Source: a virus (taxonomy: Duplodnaviria; Caudoviricetes). From it: DNA of 64,000 nt. Each line of letters begins with the position of its first letter. Position 1 is the stretch's first letter. Under the pieces are notes generated by a model that was given only the letters and a program-made list of their open reading frames with translations, was not told the DNA's origin and made no database searches. The translations under genes and the position numbers were made by a program. Location of the stretch: IMG/VR virus record IMGVR_UViG_3300028832_000095, positions 128,001 to 192,000 of that record. One strand, written 5' to 3'. Below are positions 60,876-64,000 of the stretch, one piece after another.

Positions 60876-61309
60876 TTATGATCTTCTTAAATCATGAGGA
60901 AGAACCTGTTGTTACAATAAACAAAGACATGGTTCTTGATTATAAACAAACAGGTGACGATTGTTTAGTTGGAATTAAAAGAGAACTTTCTAAGCAGCTC
61001 GTATACTATATCTTATATACAGACCTACAAGAAGTGAATGCTTCATTTGGAACAATTATTGAAAAATTGCTTGATAATAAGTATTTAGATGTTCGTGATC
61101 TGGATAAAGACATAGCGAAACTAGATAAGAACTGCAAGGCTTTATTAAAAAGCTGTGATGGTTTTGTTGAAGAATATGTTATCGAAAATGTAAAAATATG
61201 GGTTGATAGACTTCTCCTTTGTGTTTCAAAGTTGAAGTATATCCTTGATAAGTTCTGTACTGATAATTCGGAGGGAGTATTTAGAAATGAAGTTCGTCCA
61301 GTTTTCTAA
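60872..61309 (+). CDS. Hypothetical protein
   Basis: Coupled ORF. Confidence 0.55.
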   Translation: MIMIFLNHEEEPVVTINKDMVLDYKQTGDDCLVGIKRELSKQLVYYILYTDLQEVNASFGTIIEKLLDNKYLDVRDLDKDIAKLDKNCKALLKSCDGFVEEYVIENVKIWVDRLLLCVSKLKYILDKFCTDNSEGVFRNEVRPVF

Positions 61310-61505
61310 TATGCCTGTAAAGGTAAGAATCAAATGGGTTCAGGATAAACTAATTAAGTTCGGTTATTTGTCTGAAGGGGAGAGTGTTCCATTTAAAAGA
61401 GATAAAAAATATATCAAAGCTCTTATGAGATTTCAAGATAATCATGGAATGACCCCTAATGCAGATATAACCGAACCTCTTTTTGATAAATTAAACTATA
61501 ATTAA
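61287..61505 (+). CDS. Stand-alone peptidoglycan-binding domain protein
   Basis: IKWVQDKL...GY...ALMRFQ..HGM...T...L. Confidence 0.65.
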   Translation: MKFVQFSNMPVKVRIKWVQDKLIKFGYLSEGESVPFKRDKKYIKALMRFQDNHGMTPNADITEPLFDKLNYN

Positions 61506-61525
61506 ATCAAAGGAGGATAATTTAA

Positions 61526-61906
61526 GTGAGATTCAATAAAAGGTTTAATAAGTTTTATGATAAAAAACTTAAAGAAGCAGATGATGCTGAAATTGAAAAT
61601 GATGAGATAGAAGAAATTGAAGATGTGATTGAGGAACTTGATATTGAAGCGGTACTTGAAGAAATAGCAGATAAACTAGGATTTGATTATACAAGTTCTA
61701 ATGGATCTGGATCATATTCTATTTCAGATAATGTTGAAGTTCGTGTTAGATTTACACCAAAGAAGATTTCAAGAATTCAAACTGTTATTCTTAAAAATCC
61801 GGCAAGATTTGATTGTACTAAAAATACAACAACAGTTGATAATTTATCAGTAGAACTACAAACAAGTGTTCTTATTATAAAAGAAATAAAACAAAAACTT
61901 ATGTAA
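61526..61906 (+). CDS. Acidic hypothetical protein
   Basis: SD AGGAGG, GTG start, KKLKEADD. Confidence 0.6.
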   Translation: MRFNKRFNKFYDKKLKEADDAEIENDEIEEIEDVIEELDIEAVLEEIADKLGFDYTSSNGSGSYSISDNVEVRVRFTPKKISRIQTVILKNPARFDCTKNTTTVDNLSVELQTSVLIIKEIKQKLM

Positions 61907-61915
61907 TGGGGTGTT

Positions 61916-62905
61916 ATGATGAAACTTGTGTTTGAAGATTTTGAAAGCACAACTTCTATTGGAACAGAAGATAATCCTCTTTCAGTTTTTGAACAAGGGG
62001 ATTTTGTGCAATACGGTGATTATGTCGATATAGCATCTGCTATGGAACCAATTGCAGATGCATCAAGTGTATACGAAGATTTAGAAGCTATTGGATTTGT
62101 ACTTATGTTAGCATCTAACGATATTCATACAATTCATATCAATGCCCACGGTAAGGATTTTACAAGACTTCACCTTGAAACAGATGAATTGTATAAACAG
62201 TTAAATGAGTACAGCGATACTTGCTTAGAGATGTGTTGTGAGGATGGACACTTTATTCACAATCTCAACAATGCAAAAGATTGCTTAACTCAGTGGAGTA
62301 TTGAAGTTCCTGACTGTGAAGGTTTTACTCTTATAGACGGGATTCGTGTTACAACGGAAATTCTTAATAATGTTATTGTTGCTATTTCAGAGGTATATAA
62401 TGATTGCACAACAGATGTTCAGTCTACATTAGATGAGTGGTTACGCTATCTAAATTCTAAGATGAACTATTTCCTCGGAAGAATTTTACAGGAAAGCAAA
62501 AAGCGTACAAATGAAAGTATGATGAACAGAAACACAAGACATGATAAAAAGAAATGTGTTTGTGAACATCTTGATTATCTGAAATTAGGTCAGCCTTATA
62601 AGATGTTCTGTCAGGTGGAAGACCATATTGATGATTATAATTGTGATACTGTTTCACTTAAACCGGGTGATTTCATTATAAGAGATTTCCAATTTGGTCA
62701 CTTGCCAAACGGAGGAAATAAAGGTTATATACCATATGAAGTAATTGATATTGAATATGATAGAGATGATGATAACGGCGGTTATTGGGATGCAAGAAAA
62801 AGACTTCACCTTTATGACGGAGAAGAAGATTTCTACATTGAGTGCTATAATGAAAGATTCAATGGTATGTTCCATAAACTGAAAAAGAGTTCTGTTAAGG
62901 AGTGA
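61916..62905 (+). CDS. Dps/ferritin-like domain protein with C-terminal extra domain
   Basis: HTIHINAHGKDFTRLHLETDELY...DTCLE. Confidence 0.65.
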   Translation: MMKLVFEDFESTTSIGTEDNPLSVFEQGDFVQYGDYVDIASAMEPIADASSVYEDLEAIGFVLMLASNDIHTIHINAHGKDFTRLHLETDELYKQLNEYSDTCLEMCCEDGHFIHNLNNAKDCLTQWSIEVPDCEGFTLIDGIRVTTEILNNVIVAISEVYNDCTTDVQSTLDEWLRYLNSKMNYFLGRILQESKKRTNESMMNRNTRHDKKKCVCEHLDYLKLGQPYKMFCQVEDHIDDYNCDTVSLKPGDFIIRDFQFGHLPNGGNKGYIPYEVIDIEYDRDDDNGGYWDARKRLHLYDGEEDFYIECYNERFNGMFHKLKKSSVKE

Positions 62906-62911
62906 TCTACT

Positions 62912-63145
62912 ATGAAAATAATGGGAGAAGAATTTTTTGATAAGGATGATTTTTCTTCCTTAGTACGAGACATTTATGATATGTTAAACGAAATAGAAAA
63001 AAGATCCCGTAAATATGAAAAATCCATTCGAACTGAAATTCGACTTGGTTTTGATCCAGACCCACAGGACGATGATCTAAAGAAACTAGACTTTATTCAT
63101 AACAACCTACTCGGTATTATAGAAGAGCTTGATGAAAGGGAGTAA
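62912..63145 (+). CDS. Hypothetical protein
   Basis: SD AAGGAG. Confidence 0.55.
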   Translation: MKIMGEEFFDKDDFSSLVRDIYDMLNEIEKRSRKYEKSIRTEIRLGFDPDPQDDDLKKLDFIHNNLLGIIEELDERE

Positions 63146-63151
63146 TTTATT

Positions 63152-63712
63152 ATGACTGAGTATGTAGCAGAAACAAGGATTTTTCTAAAAGAATATACAG
63201 ACGAAAGAGTAGATTATTATTGTGAAAAAGGTTATGTACCTACTGAGGAAGAAGTTATTGTTGACATTTATGAAGATCTAACTCCTATGTCTTATGACGA
63301 AGCACAATTATATAATCGTTCTGGAGTAGAAATTCTAAGTGTTGACGATTTAGCAAAGAACATTCAAAATCTAGTTTCTTTCAATCTAGATGAAATTGAT
63401 GAAAGCCTCAAACTTAAAATTCGTGAAGAGGTGGAATATACAGATACTATAGACGCTATCTATGATATCCTAAAAAGAAAATATAGAAACGATGATAGAT
63501 TTGTAGAAATTAAAGTAGTAAATAAACCAAGAAGAGCGGTTCATGTTGAAACAGAAAAAGAAATCGAAGACGGAGAAACCTTTAATATGGACAGATATAT
63601 CTATGTAGATGATTCTGATAGAATCACTATGGTTTCAAAAGATGATAAAACAAGAAAATTCGTAGATGTCGAAGCCGTTTCAGATTTCTTTGACGAATAT
63701 CTAAATTCATAA
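63152..63712 (+). CDS. Acidic two-part protein with internal IDES-LKLKIRE linker
   Basis: SD GGGAG. Confidence 0.6.
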   Translation: MTEYVAETRIFLKEYTDERVDYYCEKGYVPTEEEVIVDIYEDLTPMSYDEAQLYNRSGVEILSVDDLAKNIQNLVSFNLDEIDESLKLKIREEVEYTDTIDAIYDILKRKYRNDDRFVEIKVVNKPRRAVHVETEKEIEDGETFNMDRYIYVDDSDRITMVSKDDKTRKFVDVEAVSDFFDEYLNS

Positions 63713-63716
63713 GGTC

Positions 63717-63941
63717 GTGACTAAATTGATATGTAAACATTGTGGGTGCGAAACATCTACTGTAATTTGTCATAATTGTGGAATCAATGTTGTTTGGTAT
63801 AATAAATACGGTCAGTTAAACGATGATATTGAATCTGGGGAACTTGATCTTCTTTCGTATCTCAACAAAGATTCCACAGAAAAACCTAAAATAGAGGAAG
63901 TTGTAAAAGAAGTATTTAATCCAGATGGTTCTGGAGATTAA
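63717..63941 (+). CDS. Small Zn-ribbon protein
   Basis: CKHCG...CHNCG. Confidence 0.55.
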   Translation: MTKLICKHCGCETSTVICHNCGINVVWYNKYGQLNDDIESGELDLLSYLNKDSTEKPKIEEVVKEVFNPDGSGD

Positions 63942-64000
63942 GAAAGGGTGTAAAACTATTATGGATACATACGAGATTATCTACGATTATTGTGATGAAG

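Noticed and set aside
436-62875. Most minus-strand and overlapping alternative-frame ORFs in the track
   Set aside because: They are shadows of plus-strand genes, without SD or promoter. Only 51300, 53101 and 53477 are supported.
1-64000. Alternative genetic code (stop-codon reassignment as in some gut jumbo phages)
   Set aside because: Long known genes (ligA, endolysin, tail fibres) are uninterrupted in code 11 and coding density is high. TAG stops are merely rare.
1-64000. CRISPR array, tRNA or rRNA genes
   Set aside because: No regularly spaced repeats or cloverleaf/T-loop consensus found by eye. The repeated elements are promoters.

Overview
This 64-kb window is an AT-rich (about 30% GC by eye), almost entirely plus-strand segment of a large/jumbo tailed bacteriophage. 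The host is most likely an anaerobic Firmicute (Ruminococcaceae/Clostridia-like): there are near-perfect sigmaA promoters, a dockerin-type repeat, a BspA-type LRR fragment, a GH25/M15 endolysin and NrdG. Blocks of small early genes, each headed by a stereotyped TTGAC(A/T)-N17-TATA(C/A)T promoter with an extended -10, alternate with virion/late genes (tail spike and fibres, BppU-like protein, holins, endolysin, acidic head-type proteins). Recognisable enzymes include ClpP, FTR-beta, RNase HI, NAD-dependent ligase, a PRTase-like protein, a nucleotidyltransferase, a DenV-like glycosylase, Rnl1 plus kinase-HD RNA repair, guanylate kinase, GIY-YIG, phosphoesterases and a Dps-like protein. An IS607 (TnpA+TnpB) sits exactly inside the clpP promoter. 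Most interesting: (1) a recurrent KL-x-I-x-E tag on many unrelated proteins, a candidate capsid-targeting/maturation signal; (2) a duplicated two-gene module resembling an effector/partner pair; (3) a secreted coiled-coil protein with a half-dockerin; (4) the IS607 promoter split and rebuild, whose TnpB guide is a -10 box; (5) an attenuator-like leader RNA; (6) a degenerate prohead-protease homologue; (7) CCGG enrichment. All family calls come from motif recognition by eye; no database searches were run.
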